Notes under the pieces: model-generated | Seen by the model: the letters and a program-made list of their open reading frames with translations, nothing else | The model's database searches: none | Told to the model about the DNA's origin: nothing | Translations under genes and position numbers: made by a program | Part shown: positions 26,596 to 40,297 of the stretch, piece after piece | How the letters are laid out: each line of letters begins with the position of its first letter | How positions within the stretch are numbered: the first letter of the stretch is position 1 | Assembly: GCA_964106915.2 (NCBI GenBank) | Contig: OZ066915.1 | Source: Podarcis gaigeae | Taxonomy: Eukaryota | Length of the DNA stretch: 64,000 bases | Strand: one strand, 5' to 3'

Positions 26596-28181
26596 TATAT
26601 ATTCAGGGAGCTGCCTCACACCTTATGGCAATGACTGTGGTAATAATTAATAATGCATTTCCTGATTTTTGGTAAACGATAAGAGATGGTTGTGTATCTG
26701 TGCTGATTTAAACGTACAAAGGATATTGTAAAGGTTGGGATAGCTCTTCTGATTTCCTCCCAGTGCAAATAGCAGCATTAGAAGAGAAATTTTTCCTAGA
26801 TGTTCAGGGGAATTGGAAAGGGTAAAATTTCTCATATGCACTACAGTGATTGTGATCATTATTTGTCTCCAGCTGATACTGTTTCCATTTATTTTAAAAT
26901 GTGTATTAAATACAAAGTTGTATTTAAAGTTTCAAAGTTGCATTTAATATCATGTGTGCTACCTCCCACCCAGTGTTGTGACTCTACTTCCTATCAGCCC
27001 CAGAGAAATTGATTGGAATGATATGCCCTTCATGAAATAGCAATTACACAATTGACTTTTAAAAAGAAAATAACAAGCATAGGGGTCCAGTCTGAATTTG
27101 TTTTCCGCTGCAGTCACACTCTAGTTCAGCTCTCTGTGCTTGCTTTCTGTTTTTAAAAAAATCGTTCACACAACTATGTATAGTCTACTTAGCCTCTTAA
27201 GTTAAGAAAGTGGTCAAAACCAGTGTGAACAATCAAAAAGTCTTCTATGGCAACCACAATGGGAATATGAATGGTGCTTTATTTATATGCAAAGTAGGAA
27301 TTCAACACAAAAAGAGAGTTTTCTGAATGTGACACACTGCATATGTATTATGAATATATATGAAAGCAAGCTGAAAGAGTTATTGGAGCATTATAGAATT
27401 AATACCTACTTTATTTTAAAAAATAAATGGCAGCTTGTCAGAATGTTAACCAGATAGTTAGGACCATATGGTCCCTTCAGATCTCACAGCATAGAGGAAT
27501 CTTAACAGGCCACATACCATCAAGAAACATTGTGGGAGGGAAGCAAGGTCAGGTGAGCAGATGGAAAGCCAAAACGTCTGTGAGGTGACCCTCAACTGCT
27601 TGTGTCTCAGTTTCTCCACTTTATCTACAGAATAGCCAAGCAACACAGGCAGAAGAGAGAAGCCTACTTTTAGTTTTTAAAGGCACATATTCCCTTTAGG
27701 CATCTACTTAAAGAGGGTTTAACCTGTTTTTAGAACAAGATTTTTTTCTCCTTTACTTGACTGATGAACAAATTTATTTAGAAGTAACTTTGCTGGGAGT
27801 CTGCTAATACCGAACTCTGGCTTTTTCTTGAGCAAACCAGTTGGCTAAAGGAATATGAGGGGATAGCTATTGCTAATAGTTATCTTCTAGTCTTCCTTTC
27901 CCTGTGCCAATTTTTTTTTACTTATATATTTTTAAAAATATTTATTATGGATGGCAGTTTGGAAAATAAATTAAATAAATGGTGTTAGGATTATGAATTC
28001 TTGCACCTGAAACTATTCACACAGTGTTCCCAATGATGGAAGGAGACAAATTTGCCAATTCTATCCCTCCCCTAGGCAACTTTCTGTACACCCCAAGGAT
28101 GATGTGGCCTCCAGTCCTCAACGTCTGGAACATTGCAACCTAGTTCTTTCTGTAGATCCTTTGAACTATCAGTAATAATAT

Positions 28182-28718
28182 TGTTACTGCCATCTCTGAG
28201 CAATTAGAGATTCCAAGGGTCCTAGTTCTTACTCAGGGTTTGGTTTCCTTGGAATGAAGTTCAGCAGGGACTGTGGTGTCTTATATATATATAGTTTTTT
28301 ATGTACACATATATACAACCTGAGTCTAAGACCGAGAGCCCAGCATTAACGCCTCAACAGATCTTGCTTCTCCCTCAACCACAGCCTTGCAGGCAGGAGA
28401 CAGAAATTTGGCAGCCCTGCCTCTCACCTTATGTTCTGCTCAATTCACTACGCCATTGTTGTGGCATCCTGTAGAACCCTCCAGGCTCAACGCCCGGTGC
28501 TGATCTATGCAATCCATACAAGAGCCTTATACAACGAGGGATGCATTTGCAGTCCTCATGCCTCAACTTCATTCCCCCACTGTGGGTGTGCCTACTGATG
28601 GTTTGTGTGTTAGTGGTATGTAATGTAGTCATTAAGTCAACACACCTCTGCCCCATATAGTTGCAGTGGATCTCAAAGGTGAGGTATGCAGTATGAAACA
28701 CCTGAGGTCAGCATAACA
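28182..28718. mobile_element. Decayed solo LTR, same family as 55074-55665
   Basis: 28215-28410 aligns by eye with 55110-55315 (ggaatga..cagcag.gac.gtggtg, tacacatatatacaacctgag, tcttgcttctcc, cagaaat). Termini are uncertain. Confidence 0.55.
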
Positions 28719-30194
28719 AACCTTTGCTTCACATGCCTCAAGCTGTTCAGTGTCATCTACATTATTACTTCTGTTATATGACAGATTCTGCAAATGATCC
28801 CCTTTACTCCCTGACATCCTGCCTTAAGGCCCCTTTTTTCATGAAGTAAGAAATCACCCAATTCAGCTTTCAGTTGTCTTCTCTCTCTGTCATTTGTTCT
28901 CGAGTACTTCTAGGTCATTTTACTGTTATAAACATAAAACCTCTTCTTCCTTCTTTGTGCCAACTGAATTGTAATGTAACATTGACAATTCAACTGCACA
29001 AATACAGTGCCAATTACAATGAATGTTATTGTACTATACAGGTCACTCAATAGATATTCAGAAGCTAATAGCTAATTTGCATTACTGCTGTCATAAAAAC
29101 AACAACCACATGTATCAGTAAAACAGCACAAAATATGTAGGCAATTCTAAAACTAAAATACCTTTAATAAATAAAGCGGTGAGAGACAGATTAGATGATT
29201 GATGTGTGCACATAGCTCCCACTGATTTTCATGGGAGCTGCTTTGCACTGCCTGATATATGTTTACAAATACTTTTTTATGGCACTCTAATGAAAGCTTA
29301 GCGAAGTTTTATAATAAGTAAATTCCATTATTTCATAAGCCATTGACATTTGAGCTTATTTAGAACACAGGTGGGTAAAGTTCAGCATTTTACTATTTGT
29401 CTTTAGTAAGCAGGATAAATAGATTAAGTTCGAGATTTAACGAGGTAATCACAGTTTTCCCCTTGCCGTATATCAGGCAGGAGATAAACTTGTCTAGAAA
29501 GAATGAAAACACACTTCCACATCAGCCTAAGTTTGATTCCCAGGAGCCCTGTATTTGTTTTTTCTCATTTTCTCACTGATGGACACAATACTTCTATTGG
29601 GCTGGTCACTGGTGTCATTTGCATGTCACGGTAAACCAAACTACGACTTACTAGAATTGCATGAGCATGCTAGCTCCTGGAGAGCAGCTCATACCCACTT
29701 TGCTCTTCAAACAGTATGGCAAGGCAGCAAGGCCAAGGTTTGGCTTAGCATGCATCAAACATGGGCTTGGTCTTTCTTCTCTGTAACCACAGGAATTCAA
29801 AGATAAAACTGTTCATGTCTGTATGGAATAAAATCCCACTGTTAGCACTAGTTCTGTGGAAGTGTCCAGAGTACCATCTAGTTGGATTTCAATTGTTGTG
29901 GCCTAAGGATGTGGAGAAGCTGCTTGAAGGAGTTTGGCATATCACATGGATTTTTGACCCTTGCCCTTCTTGGCTAATAAAAGCTAGCCAAACAGAAGTG
30001 ATTGGGCAAGGCCAGGATGTGGGTAATGCCTTGTTGTGGGGATTGAGGAAGTGCTAGCAGCCTTAAATGAGGTGGCATTATGGTCCTTCCTTGAAATGAT
30101 CCTCTGGACTCAGAAGTGTTAGGCCAGCTGCAAATGTTACCTTTTGTTGCAATGCAGTCCAAAAGGTGGTCATACTTGAAGGAAATAGATAACG

Positions 30195-30365
30195 TGGAGC
30201 AATTTCAATCTGGCTTGAAACCCTGGTTTTGACATTGAAACTAGCTTGCTCCCCCTAATCAATAACTTTTGTCAGCAAAGAAGTAGGGGGAGTGCAACCC
30301 TGTTAATTCTCTTTGGTCTCTCAGCAGCATTAAATATCATGCTCTCCTCCTGGAGCACTTACTTG
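30195..30365 (+). mobile_element. L2 LINE reverse transcriptase fragment
   Basis: Frameshifted QFQSGLKP / GFDIETSL..RGSATLLILFGLSAALN matches the L2 motif FQSGFRPG..TETAL..LILLDLSAAFD. Confidence 0.75.
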
Positions 30366-32469
30366 TCCATGCACTGAACTCTGATGGTGAAATTCAAGGC
30401 CCCTGTTCTCCTTTCTTATAGCTTTTTCTCTTCAAACAGAACAGTTCTTTACCCACAGAAGATTCCTCCAAATAGTGAGGACTCTCCTCTGACAGCCCCA
30501 TAAATAGAGGACTGTTCTGCATAAAGTAGGACACATGACTACCATAACAGTCATTCAGTTATAGCCACAGTGAGTCAGTATGTATAAGTGAACTGGACAG
30601 AAGTACAGCTGTTCCAGGATTCATTGGAAGTGGTTTGTACAAGAGGGTAAGAATGTCCCGTTTACTTTCTTCAAACAGCATAGAGGGGCCCTCAACTTTG
30701 GAGCAACACTCCCCTGTCCAATTTCATAGCATGCAAAATTAGTTTACTGTCTTCTTTGTTAATAAAAATCAATAGATTAAACTAAACAGTTTTTTCTTTA
30801 GTTGTATGTATATACAACATTTTTCATTTGTATGACTAGAAAGGAGATATTCTAATGATTTGAATGCATGGGAAATCTAGCCTTGTTTGAAAAATGCAAA
30901 GCTCCCTAAAACATTAAGGATTTCCCTATAAGCCTCTCTCTGCACTACTACTACCATATGAAAGTTTTAGCTTACAGAGGCCAGAATAATGTATTATGCG
31001 ATGTTTCTTGTAGTAGTATTGTGAAAGACTGTGGCGGGGGCTCATAGCATTGTAGTGCTATTCCTAGAATAAAGCATCTTACACTGACATATAGAAGATT
31101 ATAGGTTCTTTTGTAAGGCTGAGGAATATAAGAACAATTTGAAAGGAGCCTGGGATATATTAAATTTAAATTTCCTTCTGCTGGGAAAGATCTTGGGAAT
31201 TACAGTTGATAAAGCCCTGACCTACAATTGATAAAGCTCTGAGCCAGAGAAAATTGAGAGATCTTGTTGAGGTTTTATAGGCCTGTCCTATGTTTCTTTT
31301 CCCTAAAATTTATTCAGCAGTGAGAAGTTGGTCATTCTATCAAAGCTGCACACATTTATGCCTGTGTCCTACTTTTTATTTTATATAAAATATTCACAGG
31401 CAACTTCTCTATTAAAGAATACTTTAAGCAGCTTTCAATAAAAACAATAACAATAATTGTGACTTACACAGAGGGGATCAATAACATTTAAGTAGGATGA
31501 AATGAACAGTTAATAAACAACAAGGATAAAATTGTGTTATTTATTTAAAAGATTTTGAAATCACCTTACATGACAATGTAGGCAAAAAGCAAAGCACAAT
31601 TCCAATAATAGGTCATCAGCTAAAACACAAATTATAAATCACAAATTTGTGGTCATAATTTGTTTTGTAAACTGTTTTTCATGTTGTCGTCATCTGCTCT
31701 GTTGTTGGGACCTTAGAGGGAAGGGTGGCTAACAAGTTAAATTAATAAAAATAATAATCACCACCACCAGTGGACAATAACTACAGTATAATAAAATCTT
31801 TGAAACAATGTATAGTCTAACATAAAAATAGCAAACAAAACAAAAAATCCAGATAACCAAACCAGGTCTGGCATCAGCACCTGGAAAGATTTGGCAAAAT
31901 GCCCCCCCCCCCCCAAATCATACTGTCCACTACAGAAGTTCTGGGTGAGGCAGCTATAGTCACAGCTACATCCATTCTCTCTCTTCTCAATTCTTCTGGG
32001 CCTTCCTGCCAATTGATACCTAGGAGTGGGGTCCAGAAGCACTGGGAGAAGGAAGGGGATGGCGGTGTGATGCCAGTGCTGCACTTAACCAAGCCCAGAG
32101 GTGGACCTAGGGGTTGGTGAAACTGGCCCTCCCCAGGTAGCAGGCTTGGGGCATGCATGCAAAAATAACCCCAGAAATCAATCTCCAGTTATTTCTGTAA
32201 GGTCATGAGTTTAAACACGAGTTGGGAGCTGAGTGGTAGAAGAAATGGCAAGGCGGTTTGAAGGTAGATGGGTGGAGACTATGGAGTGTATGACATATAT
32301 GTGTGTGTGGTGACACAACTCCATTTTCGGGTGAGAACAAATGCAGGAGGAGCTTCCTGTCCTCCTTGCACTGTAGGACAAAGTTGTGCAGTTTTTTTCA
32401 CCCTTCCTCCTTGTCTTGCCTTTGCTCCGGACCCTTTGAGTACTTGGGTCGCATAAAATATAGCAATTT

Positions 32470-32690
32470 CTATACGGTCAGCTGTACCAACAGGCTAAAG
32501 AATAGCTTCTATCCATGGGCTGTTATGCTGTTGAATGGAAAATAACACAGCGAAATTGACTTGCGAGGTGGTGTGTTGTTCAATAAGCACACAGAGTGCA
32601 ACGAGACTGAGTGTTTTTTTTGGGGGGGGGGCTCATTTAATTTCATTGTGCACAGGTTGTACAATGACAATAAAGGTATTATTATTATTC
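32470..32690 (+). mobile_element. Rex1/Babar LINE 3' end
   Basis: CTNRLKNSFYPWAVMLLN* followed by a 3' UTR ending acaatgacaataaagg(tat)n. Confidence 0.82.
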
Positions 32691-33099
32691 TAATGTGGCT
32701 ATTGCAGTAAAGTCTTTTTGGGGGGAGGGGTTGCCAATACAGCTCCTTGCCAAGGGTGCAAGGAGCACTAGGTATGCTAGTGACCAGACCAAGTGATGAA
32801 TGGAGGGAAAGTGCTTCTGTCTGTGTTACTCTGGGCAGGTGGTGACTGCAGAAGTGAGTCAGGAAGCCCAGAGTGCTGCAGCTGGCAGTGACTCTATTCC
32901 ATTGCTGGCCTCCTGCCATTGCTACTTTCCCTGTCCCCACATACCCAGGCTAGTGCAGATGGTGGCTTGGAGGAGTCAGTGCCTGCACTTGTCTGGGTGG
33001 GTGGGGACGGCAGAGGAATGACAGTGTCTGCAGCAATGGAGGAGAAGTAGTGCTGCTTGGAATATTATGGCCAGTCCCCTAAAAAAGCAAAACACTAGC

Positions 33100-33712
33100 A
33101 TTCAGAAGCATTACTGCCTTCAAGTGCGGAGGCAGAGCATACTCATTAGAGCTGTTGTTGTTTAGTTGTTTAGTCGTGTCCGACTCTTCGTGACCCCATG
33201 GACCAGAGCACGCCAGGCACTTCTGTCTTCCACTGCCTCCCGCAATTTGGTCAAACTCATGCTGGTAGCTTCGAGAACACTGTCCAACCATCTCGTCCTC
33301 TGTCGTCCCCTTCTCCTTGTGCCCTCCATCTTTCCCAACATCAGGGTCTTTTCCAGGGAGTCTTCTCTTCACATGAGGTGGCCAAAGTATTGGAGCCTCA
33401 GCTTCAGGATCTGTCCTTCCAGTGAGCATTTCCTTAAGAATGGATAGTTTTGATCTTCCTGCAGTCCATGGGACTCTCAAGAGTCTCCTCCAGCACCATA
33501 ATTCAAAAGCATCAATTCTTCAGCGATCAGCCTTCTTTATGGTCCAGCTCTCACTTCCATACATCACTACATCATTAGAGCTAGTAGCCACCAATAGCAC
33601 TCTCTTTCATGAGTTTACCTCAGTTGATGGCCATCACTGCCTCCTGTGTGAATGAGTTCCATTGTTTAACTATGTGCTGTGTGAAGAAGTACTTTCTTTA
33701 TCTCTTCTGTCA
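33100..33712 (-). mobile_element. CR1 LINE fragment split by the BovB insertion
   Basis: Flanks 'actgcc..ggaggcagagcata' and 'ggccatcactgcctcctgtg..gagttccattgtttaactatgtgctgtgtgaagaagtact' join into a CR1 3' region once the insert is removed. Confidence 0.65.
33154..33571 (-). mobile_element. BovB (RTE) LINE, 5'-truncated 3' fragment
   Basis: Minus-strand translation VMYGSESWTIKKAD, IDAFELWCWRRLLRVPWTA, LQYFGHL, SLEKTLMLGKMEGTRRRGRQRTRWLD, VHGVTKSRTRL; (CAA)n tail; TSD tcattagagct at 33143-33153 and 33572-33582. Confidence 0.96.
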
Positions 33713-34865
33713 TCAGCCACCTATAAAAATCTATTGAGGGCACATGGAGTTTGAGGAACTGATTCCCAAATGGTTGGCAAGCCAGTTCTCAATCTGATCA
33801 CGGAATTCCAAGCTGTTCTCCAAACAATAAGTTTACACATATCAAACCATTTATCGATCTCATCTAGCTCACACTTGTCTACTGAAAGGAAAAGGAACAT
33901 TTTCTTCCAGACGGCCACATTCTCTTGGAGGTAATGTGACAGGGGGCTGGTGGCATGGGTCCACTGATTCCAGGGCAAGCAGTTGGCATGGGGAGAATGA
34001 TGGTGATTAATTCGGTGCCATTCACCCTAATGCCCCAGGATGGACCACAAAAATAAAATATACAAGTTACAATCCCAAGAACAAGGCAGGTCCCAAAAAT
34101 ATATTAATGTCACTGTACTGAACACCTGGCACCAGGCCTGGATGCATATATAACTGTAATCAGGACCACCATCATGAGCTGTTGTACACATGAGCTGATC
34201 CAGAGGTTTACTTAAAACTCTGCAGTCAGTTCACTTTGCTGTGTTAGCATTTGCCTACATGTAATTGCAAGATTGGATGTTATCTGAGGATGTTGTCCCT
34301 TTGAAAAGCCACTTGAGCGTTTCTCCTTGTCCTGCTATAGGCGGCATTTTTCTTTTAATGTTAAGCAACTTGGAAAATATAATGGCCTCTCTGCATCAGA
34401 AAAGAGCACGAGGAACAGAATTAATTAAATCATTTTAAATCTTTAGCTGTGACACACAGGTTAATAAACAAATAAAATGAAGTCGATTTTTTTGCCCCTT
34501 TAAATGTGTGTTCCATTATTTCTATTCAGACAGAAGGGAATACGATAGATTGCTGTTCTGTTTTCCATTTTAATTACATTGCACGAGGTACCACTCTTTT
34601 CCTAACATACTTAGATGTAAATTGTTCATTCTTCTGACTAATGTGTCCAGAATGGAACGGAGTGCTACCTTTGCAGAAATGAGGACAGAGACAGAAGCCA
34701 GGCAGGAGCAAAGTGGGTCACTGCAGAGGAGAAATAAGACGAGGGTGCATCAATGCCCGAATGCCAGGAGACAATTATTAAAGTACTCTGTGTAGGTGGA
34801 GGATGGGAAGTGAACAAAGCATGTACCACACTCTCCAAATAACGCCAAGGTATGTTGCTCTTAAA

Positions 34866-35206
34866 GGGACGCGGGTGGCACTGTGGGTTAAACCACAGAG
34901 CCTAGGACTTGCTGATCAGAAGGTTGGCGGTTCGAATCCCCGCAACTTGGTCCCTGCTCCTGCCAACCTAGCAGTTCAAAAAGCACGTCAGTGTGCAAGT
35001 AGACAAATAGGTACCGCTCTGGTGGGAAGGTAAACGGCATTTCGTTGCGCTCCTCTGGTTCGCCAGAAGCAGCTTAGTCATGCTGGTCACATGACCCAGA
35101 AGCTGTACGCCAGCTCCCTCTGACAATAAAGCAAGATGAGCGCTGCAACCCCAGAGTCGGCCACGACTGGACCTAATGGTCCGGGGTTCCTTTACCCTTT
35201 ACCTTT
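34866..35206 (+). mobile_element. Sauria SINE
   Basis: A box and intact B box ggttcgaatcc (34929-34939); ACCTTT tail; TSD atgttgctctta at 34852-34863 and 35208-35219. Confidence 0.95.
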
Positions 35207-36544
35207 AATGTTGCTCTTATACATGTTCATTGTTCTATTAACAAGGAGAAAGCTTGGGTAGAGCTTGATGAATGCATGGTAGCTGGTCAGCCAACCACAC
35301 CTACTGTCAGGCAGTCAGCAGCCATGCGCTTTTGCAGCACATCATGCCAACACGCTCTCTGCTTCTTGCGTATTGGCTGCTCCCAGTAAAGGCCAGAATT
35401 CCTCTTTCACCAGAGATTGCTTTGCAGCATTGCACTAGCAATTTCCAGTAGCAAACAGTTCACTGGCTGCCCTGATACAATGACATTTTATTTATGTATT
35501 TACATTTACAATTTACCCTACCCATAGTTATTGTGCTAACAGCTATTGTGCAGTCCATGATGCCTGCACCATTGTGTGGTGGTCAAAGTGAACATAGAGC
35601 TCATACAGAAGGTAGCTGAGAATAAGAAAAGCATTTGAGAATGAGAGACTAACAGCAAAATTAAAATGAGGCTTTCTTGCAGGAAAGGAAGAATGGCATT
35701 TCAGCCTTAAACAATGGAACAAACCACCTTGGGCAATGGAATCTCCACACATCTCAATTGTGATGATCAATTCTTTGTTTATTCTTTCAAATATTTATTA
35801 TATACAGTACTGCTTCTCATCAGATCACAAAGTGGTTTACAAAAACTGATCACACACATCAACACATTGGGAAGAATCCATTGCAATTTAGCACAAAGTG
35901 CTATTATACCCTACAATATTAGATATTTTAAAAATGTCTGTATGAATTGTTCTATTTTTGTGTATGAGACTAACAGAAAATATTCATTGTGTACTCAGCA
36001 TGAAATAAAAAAGAATAGGTACATTTTCTTCTCAAAGTAGTACCTTCATGGGATTTTAATGTCATATTCCTTGATAATACGTAAGTGCTTACACTCCTAC
36101 ACATTCTTCCACAGAAATGTAAATTGAGTGAGTCACATTAAAATTACAAAGCCTTAAGGGGTTTGAAATATTATTTCTTATTATGCAGCAAAAATAATTT
36201 GATTTTACGTTCCAGAACTTTAAAATCATAATGAAGATTAAAAACAATGGAACCAGTTGTTGTGATATAATTTTGGTAAGCATGATTACCAAATAACCCA
36301 TATAAAACCTATAGTAAGGAAAACCATTAAACAATTTAATTCTAAATTACTACATCTAACTCAATAGCTGCACCAATTAAAAAATTACAATATGTACAAT
36401 TCCCATACATTTTATTATTTTTAAAAAATAATAATATTTGAGTTTAACCACACTTTCTGTGTTGTAGCTGGAATTCTGAGAGCAAAGGGACAGAAGCAGG
36501 TAACAAACAGATGAGCTCTGGTGATTACTTCAAGTAACTGTATG

Positions 36545-36732
36545 CAGGGGTGTCAACTTGAATAAAATATTGGAGGGGGCAGGTAAGTCCCAGCCCACAT
36601 AATCAATCACATGACACAGTGCACACACACTATTTGAATGGCATTGCCCATCAACTTGGGGGGGGGGCTGCCCCCTCAAATATTTTATTGTGATGGCAGA
36701 AACCCCCCAGCCCCTAGGAGTTGGCTCCTATG
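36545..36732. mobile_element. hAT MITE
   Basis: Imperfect TIRs caggggtgtcaact / agttggctcctatg; internal inverted aataaaatatt / aatattttatt; TSD actgtatg / attgtata (6 of 8 match). Confidence 0.7.
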
Positions 36733-39002
36733 ATTGTATATATGGCAATCTCTGAATACTGTGTGAAATCTGGAGGTTCTCCAGAACATAGGTACGAGCT
36801 TGCTAATTGGGACCGAGAACTGGGATCAGATCTTGCTAGGGCCTGATCAGTTCTTTTTCTTGGGGGGGGGGGGGGTAATGGCTTACTTTTGAAGTCTTGT
36901 ACAGCTTAGGTCAGGAGATCCTGTCTCCACATCCGCTTGTCCATATGTTAATATCATCCTTGGAGGCCCCCATTCTGGTTGCTGCCACTGTGGCTGGTGA
37001 GGCTGATGTTTAGTTTGTAAGTTTTTGTAACCATTTACAGAATAAAAGAAAGAGAAAAGTCAATACTGTACTTATACGTGTGCACTGTACATCTCTCCCC
37101 CTACAAATCGAACAAAAATGCATTACGTATTTAAAGCAGCAAAAATGAATGATAATGCCCCAGAGGTGCTGGGGCAACCCAGTCAGATGGGCAAGGTACA
37201 ATTATATTATTCATTTTTTTAATTCATTTTTTTCATTGCAAGTTTACAAACAAGGTGTATTCTTAAGGGTTTCTTGTATGGTATATTAATTTGAATAACA
37301 ATACAGTTTCCCATATTTTACTTTTTCATTCAGGTGGTGTCAATGTGTGATATAGTAGTGAGTCTGATGTTAGACAGGGCCTTCTCAGGTAGAAATTCTA
37401 TCCCCTGGGGAGGTTCATTTTTATTTCCCCATGCCTTTAAAACAAGTTTAATCCCTTTTGAAATTTGGTTTAATACTGCTTTTCATCTGCTGTTTTTATA
37501 TGTTGTATTTTAAAATGGTTGAGTTTCTTTTTATTGGTTTTATCTCATCCAATGCCTCTGAAGAAAATATGGGGCTCCATTGTTGTGGCCTTGGGGTGGG
37601 AGCAGGATTTCAGGGATGTTTCTCGAGGACAGTTTCCAGATTGCTTCATGCCACTCTGGTAACAATAAGGCTTCTAACAGAGTTATTTGGAGGTATTCTG
37701 ACACATTTTCTCCACAGAAACATCTGATTCAAAGGGGCAGCTCAGAAAAAAACCCCATCTACCATATGCATATTTGCAAGGCGAGGCAAAGAAATGCTTC
37801 AAACTGCCCTTGGATTAGTGCTGAGCCTTCAATACAGCCTACTCCTTTTTACAGATAACATTTTTTACTCTAAAGTCTACTAGTAGCTGATTATTTGCAG
37901 ATGTAATTTAGTGTCTGAGAAAGCACCAGACTTTCCTGCTGACCCATCATTTTTATTCCTGGCTGCTGTTTATCTCCAGGCCTAGGACTACCCCCTCCCC
38001 CTACTGCCCCCAGTCAGAAGGGACATATGTTTTTGCCCCTTGTGTCCACTTCTTCAACCTGTTTAAATTTTAAACTGTATTGTTCTTCTTTTATTTCTCA
38101 GTTGTTCTAAGCCTCTAAGCCACTTCAGATGACCGTGACACTGTGGAAGGCTACCAAAGGTCTCATAGGTGGTGAATAATAGTTTCTTGTTGCTGAAATA
38201 AATGGAGGAATGGTCTCCCTACCACCACCACCAGCAACATGCAGATGCAGAACTATTGCAGGCTGGGGCAAAATATGTGGAAGACAAACCTAATAGTCCC
38301 TATAGGGAGGAGGCTTTTAGTGTACCCATGTCAGGCCCATGTGGGGTGAGTGGGGCAGCCAGATACACTTGCCTTGGGCATTTGAGGAATACGTTGGCCA
38401 GGGCTCCCCCACAAGGGCCTGGCAGGTTCCCCCCAAGTTTATAACTTTATTCTAACAAGATTCCCACACTTGCCTGGCCTATGGAAAAGGGCCCTAATGT
38501 TTTCAGCCTTCAGAGGATGACAACTCACCCTCAGAGGGCTTGCTCAACAGACAAATCAGTGTGGAAAGGATTTCTTGAAAGAAGAAAGCTTGAAACCACC
38601 ATCTTACGGTTTGTTGAACTGCACAGTGAGACTTATCATAAATGTGCATATATGTAACTGCTATTTTAGTTGAAGTTTGATACATGTTAGGTGGAAACCA
38701 TTGTAATAAAATAAGATACACAATGGCATGATGATTTATTTTATGTAAAACATTTCTGCACTGCCTTTCATCAAAGCAGGTTCCATAAATTATTTAATGC
38801 CTAATATAATACAATCAAACACTAAGATTAGCAACCATAATGAAAGACAACGGATACAAATTAGAATACCAAGCAATTATACAAATTAAAATGCCGGGGT
38901 AAAGAAAAAGATCTTAACTTTGACCAAAATGGTTGTAAAATAGGTGCTAGATCTATCACTTTAAGTTGTTTATTCCAGAGACACCAACAAGAAATCCCTT
39001 TT

Positions 39003-39408
39003 CAGGGCTGGCCTGCTGATAAGGTGCAGTGCAGCAGGCCCACAGGGCCGGCATTGCCATAGCTGTATGCCCACTGTTTGCCACTGCCAGGTGCTCACTG
39101 TCTCCTCCTGATCTTCTGCCACTGTGGCTGCATCCCCCTGCCACAGTTATGCCCCCTGCCACAGTCTGCCTGATGCTATGACTCCGCCACTACCTGGAGG
39201 CAGCCTGAGGAAGCCCAGGTACAATGGCAGTGGAGGCTGAGGGTGGCCACAGCAGGGAGGTACAGCCGCAGTGGCAGAGGAGCAGGTGGAGTTGGCAATC
39301 ACCTGGCCAGTGGTGGGCACTGGGTTGTGTGTGCGTGGCGGCAATGAGGAACAGGAAGTGGCGCCGGGGATATTGCCTCAGGCGGCAAAACGTCCCAGGC
39401 CAGCCCTG
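39003..39408. mobile_element. hAT-like non-autonomous element, GC-rich
   Basis: Perfect 13 bp TIR cagggctggcctg / caggccagccctg; TSD degenerate (5 of 8 match); internal gccac repeats. Confidence 0.72.
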
Positions 39409-39808
39409 CCTCTTTCAATAAGAAAGTCATTTGAAGAAATGCCTCAGTAAAAGATCTTAATAATTACTTCCAACCATTACTTTATCATATTAAACCTTTA
39501 TTTGTGTTATTTCAAGTGGGATCATCTTATGTCCAACAACTTATGAAAAGGTGTCTGAGGGAGCACAGGGAAGGGTTTCAGCTGGATTTTGTAGGGTATA
39601 TAAAATCCATAATCCAATAGTACATTCCTACGAGTGCACAATTATATATGATTGCTGGCATGTCAAGCATTTAGAGTACACGAAGTCAAAACCAGGTAGA
39701 GCTGAGCCAAAAATTATTGAAATACATTTTTCTAAAGAAACAAAAGAAGGTCATTTTACAGATATTATCCACCCTTTTTGTGTGCTAGCCATGATTCCCC
39801 TATCACCT

Positions 39809-40060
39809 CAGTGGCGTAGCAAGGTCAGTTGGTACCTAGTGCAAAAGAAGTCTTGTCACCCACCCCCCCAACATTTAAATTATTAAAAGAAGAAGAAAAA
39901 ATAAGATTTACTTAACATTGTGAGCATAAGCACTTAAAACCTTTTTTTCGCAATGGGAATTTCTTATTTTAAAAACACATATTTTTGTCATTTTGTCACC
40001 CCTCTCAGTGATGACACCTGGGATGGCCCGCACCCCCCGCACCCCCTTCCTACGCCACTG
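39809..40060. mobile_element. hAT (Tip100-like) MITE
   Basis: TIR cagtggcgtag / ctacgccactg; TSD tatcacct / catcacct. Confidence 0.9.
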
Positions 40061-40279
40061 CATCACCTCTCAGGGCATTCAAAACCACTAGGTTCAGACC
40101 ATTATTCAGAGCCAGGCTGCCTTACAGTAACTGAAAAGAGAGAGAGAAAAAGTGCTTTGCCATTGCTAAAGCAGAGGCTCACACTCCTGGGCTGGATCTA
40201 CACTTATTTGTAAAAATGCTTTAAAAACACATAATATAGCAGTCAATGCAATTTTACATTGACGGCGGACGCTGCTCTA

Positions 40280-40297
40280 CAGCGCCCTCTCGTGTCA
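40280..40297 (-). promoter_or_regulatory. Candidate CTCF binding site
   Basis: Minus strand reads TGACACGAGAGGGCGCTG, close to the core CCASYAGRKGGCRS; local CpG cluster (gacggcggacgc..gcgc..tcg) in CpG-poor DNA. Confidence 0.55.

Noticed and set aside
33079-33655. Cluster of overlapping ORFs
   Set aside because: These are alternative frames and antisense readings of the BovB fragment.
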